The notes beneath the pieces are model-generated. The model made no database searches, was not told where the DNA came from, and saw only the letters and a program-made list of their open reading frames with translations. Made by a program: the position numbers and the translations under genes. Below, piece after piece: positions 1-18,911 of a stretch of 64,000 bases of DNA. The first letter of the stretch is position 1. Each line of letters opens with the position of its first letter. The DNA comes from the human T2T-CHM13v2.0 reference genome, Homo sapiens, in the NCBI RefSeq assembly GCF_009914755.1, contig NC_060948.1. One strand, written 5' to 3'.

Positions 1-1078
1 TAATATATATTATAGAATATATGATACATGATATATATGATATTTAATATAACATAATATAATCTATATTATAATATTATGTATGTTACTTATATTGGGT
101 GATATGTAATATATATTATGTAATACGAAATAATATACTATATATTATATTATGATATTTCATGTAAATGATGTTATAAAAGTATATATAACATAATATA
201 TAGTTATATATAATATATTATATAGTTATATATATTATATTGCATATTTACATAAAATATTATACAGTTATATATAATTTCAAATAGTTATATATAACAG
301 AATATAAAACATATAGGATACATATCATTAAATATATATTGTATACCATATATATTAGGTATAATATATTGTATGTTATATATCATATACTGTATATCAT
401 ATATCATATATTATATGTTATATATATCACATTCAACATATTGTATATTAGAAATTATACATAATATGTTGCATTCTTTATTTTACATGTAATAAATTAT
501 ACATTATAGGTAACATAGTATATATTGTATGTAACCGGTATATTCTATGTAAAATATATAATATATAACACATGTGACATGTAATTAATAACATAGTCAT
601 ATAATATATATTTAATATAGGTATTATACATACAACGTATTATGTATAATATATAATATATATTACATATGTTATAAAATATAATATATATTATATGTCG
701 CATTTTATATATACAATTATATATTATTATTTGTTGTTTTCTACTATATATAATATAGACATAATATATATATTATGCATAATGGGTATTATATATAACA
801 GATATATTATATATAATATGTATAATGTATAATTTATATTTAATACGTATATTAACCATATAATATATTCTATATATGATATATAACATATATTATATAT
901 GTCATAAATTATAATATATACTATATGTCATATTGTATAAATATAAAACTTATATATTATCAATTATTATATTTTATACAATATATATAACATAAGATGC
1001 AGGATGTAAAACAATATTATGCATAGGTTATATATATTATATATATGATACTGTATATTATTATATACATAATGTATA

Positions 1079-1652
1079 CGTATGTTTGTGGGTGCCCTTT
1101 TTCCCATCTCATAACTTGTTTTAAGAAGCGCAGCCTAATAACGTGTGGGCTTGGGATTCAGTTCTTGAAACAAAACTCTGAGCCTTCAATGACCTTTCGG
1201 TCTATGTAAAAGCACTCCTGTCTTCCTGGCAGCAGTTGGACCTCACAATGTGGATTGTGCCCTCACCCAGCAATGCTTATGCCCTATCGCCATGGTGACG
1301 GAATTAGGGGTCTCCTGCTCTTCGTCCTAAGGACCACTGTCTGTGCTGTGTCTTTCAAAGGTCAGAAGAGATTGAACCTTTGTGGTTTTATTTTCCCTGA
1401 GTTTGCTTTTTCTCATGGGGAACCTGTGTTGCTGCTTTGAAGGTATATTCATACTGGCCTTTCAAATGCCAACTCTTCAAATTACTAGTTAAGGCTTTCA
1501 AAATATGTTATTTAAAAAATTATCCTCTGTATTTTCCATATGCAGTTATAAGTAGGTTTCATGGTTATGTTTTATTCCTCAGTTTATACATTTGATTATT
1601 GTACCAAGCAGAGTACCTTTGAAATTTTTTTTCATTTAAAAAATATGGATCT
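1079..1652 (+). repeat. HSATI-type mixed-sequence module of the DYZ2 monomer (first of 15 copies)
   Basis: A ~574 bp non-simple sequence from CGTATGTTTGTGGGTGCCC to AAATATGGATCT. It repeats near-identically from about 3499, 5930, 8348, 10766, 13184, 15603, 18023, 20441, 22860, 25275, 27690, 30105, 32527 and 34946. The name HSATI and the exact edges come from the known DYZ2 composition, not from an alignment. Confidence 0.8.
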
Positions 1653-3498
<1,846 letters not shown>

Positions 3499-4072
3499 CG
3501 TATGTTTGTGGGTGCCCTTTTTCCCATCTCATAACTTGTTTTAAGAAGCGCAGCCTAATAACGTGTGGGCTTGGGATTCAGTTCTTGAAACAATACTCTG
3601 AGCCTTCAATGACCTTTCGGTCTATGTAAAAGCACTCCTGTCTTCCTGGCAGCAGTTGGACCTCACAATGTGGATTGTGCCCTCACCCAGCAATGTTTAT
3701 GCCCTTTCGCCATGGTGACGGAATTAGGGGTCTCCTGCTCTTCGTCCTAAGGACCACTGTCTGTGCTGTGTCTTTCAAAGGTCAGAAGAGATTGAACCTT
3801 TGTGGTTTTATTTTCCCTGAGTTTGCTTTTTCTCATGGGGAACCTGTGTTGCTGCTTTGAATGTATATTCATACTGGCCTTTCAAATGCCAACTCTTCAA
3901 ATTACTAGTTAAGGCTTTCAAAATATGTTATTTAAAAAATTATCCTCTGTATTTTCCATATGCAGTTATAAGTAGGTTTCATGGTTATGTTTTATTCCTC
4001 AGTTTATACATTTGAATATTGTACCAAGCAGATTACCTTTGAAATTTTTTTTCATTTAAAAAATATGGATCT

Positions 4073-4387
<315 letters not shown>

Positions 4388-6503
4388 TTATGTGCTATGC
4401 CTTATATGTAACATATAACGTCATATATTTTATATGTCATAGTACATAATATTTATCCTGTGTCATCTTATATATACTATATATATTACATAACATATAT
4501 AATATATGATACATATTATACATCTTATATATGAAATTATATAATTATAGGTAACATAATACACATTTATATGTATTATGATATATAACAAAGGTACTAT
4601 ATCATATATGATATATAATAGATATATTTGTAGTACATATTATAATTTTTATATAATATATAGAATGATATAATCTTTTATAGAATAGAAATAATTATAT
4701 ATGATTATATAATATGATTATATTATATAATTCTATATATTATAAATGAAAATATGTAGAATTACATGTTTATCTAGTTATATGTATAATAATATAATTA
4801 TATATATAGTTATATATATCACATAATAGACAACATACATATTATATAATGTATAATATATATTATAGGATATATGATACATGATATATATGATATTTAA
4901 TATAACATAATATAATCTATATTATAATATTATGTATGTTACTTATATTGGGTGATATGTAATATATATTATGTAATATGAAATAATATAATATATATTA
5001 TATTATGATATTTTATGTAAATTATGTTATAAAAGTATATATAACATAATATATAGTTATATATAATATATTATTTAGTTATATATATTACATTACATAT
5101 TTACATAAAATATTATACAGTTATATATAATTTCATATAGTTATATATAACAGAATATAAAACATATTATACATATCATAAAATATATATTGTATACCAT
5201 ATATATTAGGTATCATATATTGTATGTTATATATCATATACTGTATATCATATATGATATATTATATGTTATATATATCACATTCCACATATTGTATATT
5301 ATAAATTATACATAATATATTGCTTTCTTTATTTTACATGTAATAAATTATACATTATAGGTAACATAGTATATATTGTATGTAACCGGTATATTCTATG
5401 TAAAATATATAATATATAACATATGTGACATGTAATTAATAACATAGTCATATAATATATATTTAATATAGGTATTATACATACAACGTATTATATATAA
5501 TATATAATACATATTACATATGTCATAAAATATAATATATATTATATGTCGCATTTCATATATACAATTATATATTATTATATGTTGTTTTATACTATAT
5601 ATAACATAGACATAATATATATATTATGCATAATGGGTATTATATATAACAGATATATTATATATAATATATATAATGTATAATATATATTTAATACGTA
5701 TATTAACCGTATAATATATTCTATATATGATATATAACATATATTATATATGTCATAAATTATAATATATACTATATGTCATATTGTATAAATATAAAAC
5801 TTATATATTATCAATTATTATATTTTATACAATATATATAACATAAGATGCAGGATGTAAAACAATATTATACATTGGTTATATATATTATATATATGAT
5901 ACTGCATATTATTATATACATAATGTATACGTATGTTTGTGGGTGCCCTTTTTCCCATCTCATAACTTGTTTTAAGAAGCGCAGCCTAATAACGTGTGGG
6001 CTTGGGATTCAGTTCTTGAAACAATACTCTGAGCCTTCAATGACCTTTCGGTCTATGTAAAAGCACTCCTGTCTTCCTGGCAGCAGTTGGACCTCACAAT
6101 GTGGATTGTGCCCTCACCCAGCAATGTTTATGCCCTTTCGCCATGGTGACGGAATTAGGGGTCTCCTGCTCTTCGTCCTAAGGACCACTGTCTGTGCTGT
6201 GTCTTTCAAAGGTCAGAAGAGATTGAACCTTTGTGGTTTTATTTTCCCTGAGTTTGCTTTTTCTCATGGGGAACCTGTGTTGCTGCTTTGAAGGTATATT
6301 CATACTGGCCTTTCAAATGCCAACTCTTCAAATTACTAGTTAAGGCTTTCAAAATATGTTATTTAAAAAATTATCCTCTGTATTTTCCATATGCAGTTAT
6401 CAGTAGGTTTCATGGTTATGTTTTATTCCTCAGTTTATACATTTGATTATTGTACCAAGCAGAGTACCTTTGAAATTTTTTTTCATTTAAAAATTATGGA
6501 TCT

Positions 6504-6795
6504 TGGCTCAGGCCTGTAATCCCAGCAAATTTGGAGGCCAAGGCAAGGGGATCACAAAGTGAGGAGATCAAGACCATCCTGGCCAATACAGTGAAACGCT
6601 GTCACTACTAAAAATCCAAAAAATTAGCTAGGCATGGTGGCAGCTGCTGTAGTCCCAGTGTGGTGTAGTCCCAGCTACCTGGGAGGCTGAGGGAGGACAA
6701 TCGCTTGGACCCGTGAGGCAGATGTTGCAGTGAGCAAAGCTGGCGCCATTGTACTCCACCCTGTGCAACAGGACAAGACTCTGTCTAAAAAAAAA
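6504..6795 (+). mobile_element. Alu relic, DYZ2 monomer 3
   Basis: Near-identical copy of 1653-1944. Confidence 0.96.
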
Positions 6796-8921
6796 TTATA
6801 GATGATATATATTACATGTTATGTGCTATGCCTTATATGTAACATATAACCTCATATATTTTATATGTCATAGTATATAATATTTATCCGGTGTCATCTT
6901 ATATATACTATATATATTACATAACATATATAATATATAATACATATTATACATCTTATATATGAAATTATATAATTATAGATAACATAATACACATTTA
7001 TATGTATTATGATATATAACAAAGGTACTATATCATATATGATATATAATATATATATTTGTAGTACATATTATAATTTTTACATATTATAATTTATATA
7101 ATTATATAATTTTTTATAGAATATAAATAATTATATATGATTATATAATTCTATATATTATAAATGAAAATATGTAGAATTACATGTTTATCTAGTTATA
7201 TGTATAATAATATAATTATATATAGTTATATATATCACATAATAGACAACATACATATTATATAATGTATAATATATATTATAGAATATATGATACATGA
7301 TATATATGATATTTAATATAACATAATATAATCTATATTATAATATTATGTATGTTACTTATATTGGGTGATACGTAATATATATTATGTAATAAGAAAT
7401 AATATAATATATATTATATTATGATATTTTATGTAAATTATGTTATAAAAGTATATATAACATAATATATAGTTATATATAATATATTATATAGTTATAT
7501 ATATTATATTACATATTTACATAAAATATTATACAGTTATATATAATTTCAAATAGTTATATATAACAGAATATAAAACATATAGAATACATATCATAAA
7601 ATATATATTGTATACCATATATATTAGGTATCATATATTGTATGTTATATATCACATACTGTATATCATATATCATATATTATATGTTATATATATCACA
7701 TTCCACATATTGTATATTATAATTTATACATAATATATTGCATTCTTTATTTTACATGTAATAAATTATACATTATAGGTAACATAGTATATATTGTATG
7801 TAACCGGTATATTCTATGTAAAATATATAATATATAACATATGTGACATGTAATTAATAACATAGTCATATAATATATATTTAATATAGGTATTATACAT
7901 ACAACGTATTATATATAATATATAATATGTATTACATATGTCATAAAATATAATATATATTATATGTCGCATTTTATATATACAATTATATATTATTATA
8001 TGTTGTTTTATACTATATATAACATAGACATAATATATATATTATGCATAATGGTTATTTTGTATAGCAGATATATTATATATAATATATATAATGTATA
8101 ATTTATATTTAATACGTATATTAACCGTATAATATATTCTATATATGATATATAACATATATAATATATGTCATAAATTATAATATATACTATATGTCAT
8201 ATTGTATAAATATAAAACTTACATATTATCAATTATTATATTTTATACAATATATATAATATAAGATGCAGGATGTAAAACAATATTATACCTAGGTTAT
8301 ATATATTATATATATGATACTGTATATTATTATATACATAATGTATACGTATGTTTGTGGGTGCCCTTTTTCCCATCTCATAACTTGTTTTAAGAAGCGC
8401 AGCCTAATAACGTGTGGGCTTGGGATTCAGTTCTTGAAACAAAACTCTGAGCCTTCAATGACCTTTCGGTCTATGTAAAAGCACTCCTGTCTTCCTGGCA
8501 GCAGTTGGACCTCACAATGTGGATTGTGCCCTCACCCAGCAATACTTATGCCCTATCGCCATGGTGACGGAATTAGGGGTCTCCTGCTCTTCGTCCTAAG
8601 GACCACTGTCTGTGCTGTGTCTTTCAAAGGTCAGAAGAGATTGAACCTTTGTGGTTTTATTTTCCCTGAGTTTGCTTTTTCTCATGGGGAACCTGTGTTG
8701 CTGCTTTGAAGGTATATTCATACTGGCCTTTCAAATGCCAACTCTTCAAATTACTAGTTAAGGCTTTCAAAATATGTTATTTAAAAAATTATCCTCTGTA
8801 TTTTCCATATGCAGTTATAAGTAGGTTTCATGGTTATGTTTTATTCCTCAGTTTATACATTTGATTATTGTACCAAGCAGAGGACCTTTGAAATTTTTTT
8901 TCATTTAAAATATATGGCTCT

Positions 8922-9213
<292 letters not shown>

Positions 9214-11339
9214 TTATAGATGATATATATTACATGTTATGTGCTATGCCTTATATGTAACATATAACCTCTTATATTTTATATGTCATAGTATATAATA
9301 TTTACCCTGTGTCATCTTATATATACTATATATATTACATAACATATATAATATATAATACATATTATACATCTTATATATGAAATTATATAATTATAGA
9401 TAACATAATACACATTTATATGTATTATGACATATAACAAAGGTACTATATCATATATGATATATAATATATATATTTGTAGTACATATTATAATTTTTA
9501 TATATTATAATTTATATAATGATATAATTTTTTATAGAATATAAATAATTATATATGATTATATAATTGTATATATTATAAATGAAAATATGTAGAATTA
9601 CATGTTTATCTAGTTATATGTATAATAATATAATTATATATATAGTTATATATATCACATAATAGACAACATACATATTATATAATGTATAATATATATT
9701 ATAGAATATATGATACATGATATATATGATATTTAATATAACATAATATAATCTATATTATAATATTATGTATGTTACTTATATTGGGTGATACGTAATA
9801 TATACTATGTAATAAGAAATAATATAACATATATTATATTATGATATTTTATGCAAATTATGTTATAAAAGTATATATAACATAATATATAGTTATATAT
9901 AATATATTATAGTTATATATATTATATTACATATTTACATAAAATATTATACAGTTATATATAATTTCAAATAGTTATATATAACAGAATATAAAACATA
10001 TAGAATACATATCATAAAATATATATTGTATACCATATATATTAGGTATCATATATTGTATGTTATATATCATATACTGTATATCATATGTCATATATTA
10101 TATGTTATATATATCACATTCCACATATTGTATATTATAAATTATACATAATATATTGCATTATTTATTTTACATATAATAAATTATACATTATAGGTAA
10201 CATAGTATATATTGTATGTAACTGGTATATTCTATGTAAAATATATAATATATAACATATGTGACATGTAATTAATAACATAGTCATATAATATATATTT
10301 AATATAGGTATTATACATACAATATATTATACATACTATATAATATATATTACATATGTCATAAAATATAATATATATTATATGTCGCATTTTATATATA
10401 CAATTATATATTATTATATGTTGTTTTATACTATATATAACATAGACATAATATATATATTATGCATAATGCGTATTATATATAACAGATATATTATATA
10501 TAATATATATAATGTATAATTTATATTTAATACGTATATTAACCATATAATATATTGTATATATGATATATAACATATATAATATATGTCATAAATTATA
10601 ATATATACTATATGTCATATTGTATAAATATAAAACTTATATATTATCAATTATTATATTTTATACAATATATATAATATAAGATGCAGGATGTAAAACA
10701 ATATTATACATAGGTTATATATATTATATATATGATACTGTATATTATTATATACATAATGTATACGTATGTTTGTGGGTGCCCTTTTTCCCATCTCATA
10801 ACTTGTTTTAAGAAGCGCAGCCTAATAACGTGTGGGCTTGGGATTCAGTTCTTGAAACAAAACTCTGAGCCTTCAATGACCTTTCGGTCTATGTAAAAGC
10901 ACTCCTGTCTTCCTGGCAGCAGTTGGACCTCACAATGTGGATTGTGCCCCCACCCAGCAATGTTTATGCCCTATCGCCATGGTGACGGAATTAGGGGTCT
11001 CCTGCTCTTCGTCCTAAGGACCACTGTCTGTGCTGTGTCTTTCAAAGGTCAGAAGAGATTGAACCTTTGTGGTTTTATTTTCCCTGAGTTTGCTTTTTCT
11101 CATGGGGAACCTGTGTTGCTGCTTTGAAGGTATATTCATACTGGCCTTTCAAATGCCAACTCTTCAAATTACTAGTTAAGGCTTTCAAAATATGTTATTT
11201 AAAAAATTATCCTCTGTATTTTCCATATGCAGTTATAAGTAGGTTTCATGGTTATGTTTTATTCCTCAGTTTATACATTTGATTATTGTACCAAGCAGAG
11301 TACCTTTGAAATTTTTTTTCATTTAAAAAATATGGATCT

Positions 11340-11631
<292 letters not shown>

Positions 11632-13757
11632 TTATAGATGATATATATTACATGTTATGTGCTATGCCTTATATGTAACATATAACCTCATATATTTTAT
11701 ATGTCATAGTATATAATATTTATCCGGTGTCATCTTATATATACTATATATATTACATAACATATATAATATATAATACATATTATACATCTTATATATG
11801 AAATTATATAATTATAGATAACATAATACACATTTATATGTATTATGATATATAACAAAGGTACTATATCATATATGATATATAATATATATATTTGTAG
11901 TACATATTATAATTTTTACATATTATAATTTATATAATTATATAATTTTTTATAGAATATAAATAATTATATATGATTATATAATTCTATATATTATAAA
12001 TGAAAATATGTAGAATTACATGTTTATCTAGTTATATGTATAATAATATAATTATATATAGTTATATATATCACATAATAGACAACATACATATTATATA
12101 ATGTATAATATATATTATAGAATATATGATACATGATATATATGATATTTAATATAACATAATATAATCTATATTATAATATTATGTATGTTACTTATAT
12201 TGGGTGATACGTAATATATATTATGTAATAAGAAATAATATAATATATATTATATTATGATATTTTATGTAAATTATGTTATAAAAGTATATATAACATA
12301 ATATATAGTTATATATAATATATTATGTAGTTATATATATTATATTACATATTTACATAAAATATTATACAGTTATATATAATTTCAAATAGTTATATAT
12401 AACAGAATATAAAACATATAGAATACATATCATAAAATATATATTGTATACCATATATATTAGGTATCATATATTGTATGTTATATATCATATACTGTAT
12501 ATCATATATCATATATTATATGTTATATATATCACATTCCACATATTGTATATTATAAATTATACATAATATATTGCATTCTTTATTTTACATGTAATAA
12601 ATTATACATTATAGGTAACATAGTATATATTGTATGTAACCGGTATATTCTATGTAAAATATATAATATATAACATATGTGACATGTAATTAATAACATA
12701 GTCATATAATATATATTTAATATAGGTATTATACATACAACGTATTATATATAATATATAATATGTATTACATATGTCATAAAATATAATATATATTATA
12801 AGTCGCATTTTATATATACAATTATATATTATTATATGTTGTTTTATACTATATATAACATAGACATAATATATATATTATGCATAATGGTTATTTTGTA
12901 TAGCAGATATATTATATATAATATATATAATCTATAATTTATATTTAATACATATATTAACCGTATAATATATTCTATATATGATATATAACATATATAA
13001 TATATGACATAAATTATAATATATACTATATGTCATATTGTATAAATATAAAACTTACATATTATCAATTATTATATTTTATACAATATATATAATATAA
13101 GATGCAGGATGTAAAACAATATTATACATAGGTTATATATATTATATATATGATACTGTATATTATTATATACATAATGTATACGTATGTTTGTGGGTGC
13201 CCTTTTTCCCATCTCATAACGTGTTTTAAGAAGCGCAGCCTAATAACTTGTGGGCTTGGGATTCAGTTCTTGAAACAAAACTCTGAGCCTTCAATGACCT
13301 TTCGGTCTATGTAAAAGCACTCCTGTCTTCCTGGCAGCAGTTGGACCTCACAATGTGGATTGTGCCCTCACCCAGCAATACTTATGCCCTATCGCCATGG
13401 TGACGGAATTAGGGGTCTCCTGCTCTTCGTCCTAACGACCACTGTCTGTGCTGTGTCTTTCAAAGGTCAGAAGAGAATGAACCTTTGTGGTTTTATTTTC
13501 CCTGAGTTTGCTTTTTCTCATGGGGAACCTGTGTTGCTGCTTTGAAGGTATATTCATACTGGCCTTTCAAATGCCAACTCTTCAAATTACTAGTTAAGGT
13601 TTTCAAAATATGTTATTTAAAAAATTATCCTCTGTATTTTCCATATGCAGTTATAAGTAGGTTTCATGGTTATGTTTTATTCCTCAGTTTATACATTTGA
13701 TTATTGTACCAAGCAGAGTACCTTTGAAATTTTTTTTCATTTAAAAAATATGGATCT

Positions 13758-14073
<316 letters not shown>

Positions 14074-16176
14074 TTATGTGCTATGCCTTATATGTAACAT
14101 ATAACCTCATATATTTTATATGTCATAGTATATAATATTTATCCTGTGTCATCTTATATATACTATATATATTACATAACATATATAATATATAATACAT
14201 ATTATACATCTTATATATGAAATTATATAATTATAGATAACATAATACACATTTATATGTATTATGATATATAACAAAGGTACTATATCATATATGATAT
14301 ATAATATATATTTGTAGTACATATAATAATTTTTATATATTATAATTTATATAATGATATAATTTTTTATAGAATATAAAGGATTATATATGATTATATA
14401 ATTCTATATATTATAAATGAAAATATGTAGAATTACATGTTTATCTAGTTATACGTATAATAATATAATTATATATATAGTTATATATATCACATAATAG
14501 ACAACATACATATTATATAATGTATAATATATATTATAGAATATATGATACATGATATATATGATATTTAATATAACATAATATAATCTATATTATAATA
14601 TTATGTATGTTACTTATATTGGGTGATATGTAATATATGTTATGTAATATGAAATAATATAATATATATTATATTATGATATTTTATGTAAATTATGTTA
14701 TAAAAGTATATATAACATAATATATAGTTATATATAATATATTATATAGTTATATATATTATATTACATATTTACATAAAATATTATACAGTTATATATA
14801 ATTTCAAATATTTACATATAACAGAATATAAAACATAGAGAATACATATCATAAAATATATATTGTATACCATATATATTAGGTATCATATATTGTATGT
14901 TATATATCATATACTGTATATCATATATCATATATTATATGTTATATATATCACATTCCACATATTGTATATTATAAATTATTCATAATATATTGCATTA
15001 TTTATTTTACATGTAATAAATTATACATTATAGGTAACATAGTATATATTGTATGTAACCGGTATATTCTATGTAAAATATATAATATATAACACATGTG
15101 ACATGTAATTAATAACATAGTCATATAATATATATTTAAAATAGGTACTATACATACAACGTATTATGTATAATATATAATATATATTACGTATGTTATA
15201 AAATATAATATATATTATATGTCGCATTTCATATATACAATTATATATTATTATATGTTGTTTTATACTATATATAACATAGACATAATATATATATTAT
15301 GCATAATGGGTATTATATATAACAGATATATTATATATAATATATATAATGTATAATATATATTTAATACGTATATTAACCGTATAATATATTCTATATA
15401 TGATATATAACATATATTATATATGTCATAAATTATAATATATACTATATGTCATATTGTATAAATATAAAACTTATATATTATCAATTATTATATTTTA
15501 TACAATATATATAACATAAGATGCAGGATGTAAAACAATATTATACATTGGTTATATATATTATATATATGATACTGTATATTATTATATACATAATGTA
15601 TACGTATGTTTGTGGGTGCCCTTTTTCCCATCTCATAACTTGTTTTAAGAAGCGCAGCCTAATAACGTGTGGGCTTGGGATTCAGTTCTTGAAACAATAC
15701 TCTGAGCCTTCAATGACCTTTCGGTCTATGTAAAAGCACTCCTGTCTTCCTGGCAGCAGTTGGACCTCACAATGTGGATTGTGCCCTCACCCAGCAATGT
15801 TTATGCCCTTTCGCCATGGTGACGGAATTAGGGGTCTCCTGCTCTTCGTCCTAAGGACCACTGTCTGTGCTGTGTCTTTCAAAGGTCAGAAGAGATTGAA
15901 CCTTTGTGGTTTTATTTTCCCTGAGTTTGCTTTTTCTCATGGGGAACCTGTGTTGCTGCTTTGAATGTATATTCATACTGGCCTTTCAAATGCCAACTCT
16001 TCAAATTACTAGTTAAGGCTTTCAAAATATGTTATTTAAAAAATTATCCTCTGTATTTTCCATATGCAGTTATAAGTAGGTTTCATGGTTATGTTTTATT
16101 CCTCAGTTTATACATTTGAATATTGTACCAAGCAGATTACCTTTGAAATTTTTTTTCATTTAAAAAATATGGATCT

Positions 16177-16468
16177 TGGCTCAGGCCTGTAATCCCAGCA
16201 AATTTGGAGGCCAAGGCAAGGGGATCACAAGGTGAAGAGATCAAGACCATCCTGGCCAATACAGTGAAACGCTGTCACTACTAAAAATTCAAAAAATTAA
16301 CTAGGCATGGTGGCAGCTGCTGTAGTCCCAGTGTGGTGTAGTCCCAGCTACCTGGGAGGCTGAGGGAGGACAATCGCTTGGACCCGTGAGGCAGATGTTG
16401 TAGTGAGCAAAGATGGCGCCGTTGTACTCCACCCTGTGCAACAGGACAAGACTCTGTCTAAAAAAAAA
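16177..16468 (+). mobile_element. Alu relic, DYZ2 monomer 7
   Basis: Near-identical copy of 1653-1944. Confidence 0.96.
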
Positions 16469-18596
16469 TTATATATGATATATATTACATGTTATGTGCT
16501 ATGCCTTATATGTAACATATAACCTCATATATTTTATATGTCATAGTATATAATATTTATCCTGGGTCATCTTATATATACTATATATATTACATAACAT
16601 ATATACTACATGATACATATTATACATCTTATATATGAAATTATATAATTATAGGTAACATAATACACATTTATATGTATTATGATATATAACAAAGGTA
16701 CTATATCATATATGATATATAATATATATATTTGTAGTACATATTATAATTTTTATATATTATAATTTATATAATGATATAATTTTTTATAGAATATAAA
16801 TAATTATATATGATTATATAATTCTATATATTATAAATGAAAATATGTAGAATTACATGTTTATCTAGTTATATGTATAATAATATAATTATATATATAG
16901 TTATATATATCACATAATAGACAACATACATATTATATAATGTATAATATATATTATAGAATATATGATACATGATATATATGGTATTTAATATAACATA
17001 ATATAATCTATATTATAATATTATGTATGTTACTTATATTGGGTGATATGTAATATATATTATGTAATATGAAATAATATACTATATATTATATTATGAT
17101 ATTTCATGTAAATGATGTTATAAAAGTATATATAACATAATATATAGTTATATATAATATATTATATAGTTATATATATTATATTTCATATTTACATAAA
17201 ATATTATACAGTTATATATAATTTCAAATAGTTATATATAACAGAATATAAAACATATAGGATACATATCATTAAATATATATTGTATACCATATATATT
17301 AGGTATCATATATTGTATGTTATATATCATATACTGTATATCATATATCATATATTATATGTTATATATATCACATTCCACATATTGTATATTAGAAATT
17401 ATACATAATATGTTGCATTCTTTATTTTACATGTAATAAATTATACATTATAGGTAACATAGTATATATTGTATGTAACCGGTATATTCTATGTAAAATA
17501 TATAATATATAACACATGTGACATGTAATTAATAACATAGTCATATAATATATATTTAATATAGGTATTATACATACAACGTATTATGTATAATATATAA
17601 TATATATTACATATGTTATAAAATATAATATATATTATATGTCGCATTTTATATATACAATTATATATTATTATTTGTTGTTTTCTACTATATATAACAT
17701 AGACATAATATATATATTGTGCATAATGGGTATTATATATAACAGATATATTATATATAATATATATAATGTATAATTTATATTTAATACGTATATTAAC
17801 CGTATAATATATTCTATATATGATATATAACATATATTATATATGACATAAATTATAATATATACTATATGTCTTATTGTATAAATATAAAACTTATATA
17901 TTATCAATTATTATATTTTATACAATATAAATAATATAAGATGCAGGATGTAAAACAATATTATACATAGGTTATATATATTATATATATGATACTGTAT
18001 ATTATTATATACATAATGTATACGTATGTTTGTGGGTGCCCTTTTTCCCATCTCATAACGTGTTTTAAGAAGCGCAGCCTAATAACTTGTGGGCTTGGGA
18101 TTCAGTTCTTGAAACAAAACTCTGAGCCTTCAATGACCTTTCGGTCTATGTAAAAGCACTCCTGTCTTCCTGGCAGCAGTTGGACCTCACAATGTGGATT
18201 GTGCCCTCACCCAGCAATAGTTATGCCCTATCGCCATGGTGACGGAATTAGGGGTCTCCTGCTCTTCGTCCTAACGACCACTGTCTGTGCTGTGTCTTTC
18301 AAAGGCCAGAAGAGATTGAACCTTTGTGGTTTTATTTTCCCTGAGTTTGCTTTTTCTCATGGGGAACCTGTGTTGCTGCTTTGAAGGTATATTCATACTG
18401 GCCTTTCAAATGCCAACTCTTCAAATTACTAGTTAAGGCTTTCAAAATATGTTATTTAAAAAATTATCCTCTGTATTTTCCATATGCAGTTATAAGTAGG
18501 TTTCATGGTTATGTTTTATTCCTCAGTTTATACATTTGATTATTGTACCAAGCAGAGGACCTTTGAAATTTTTTTTCATTTAAAAAATATGGATCT

Positions 18597-18911
<315 letters not shown>

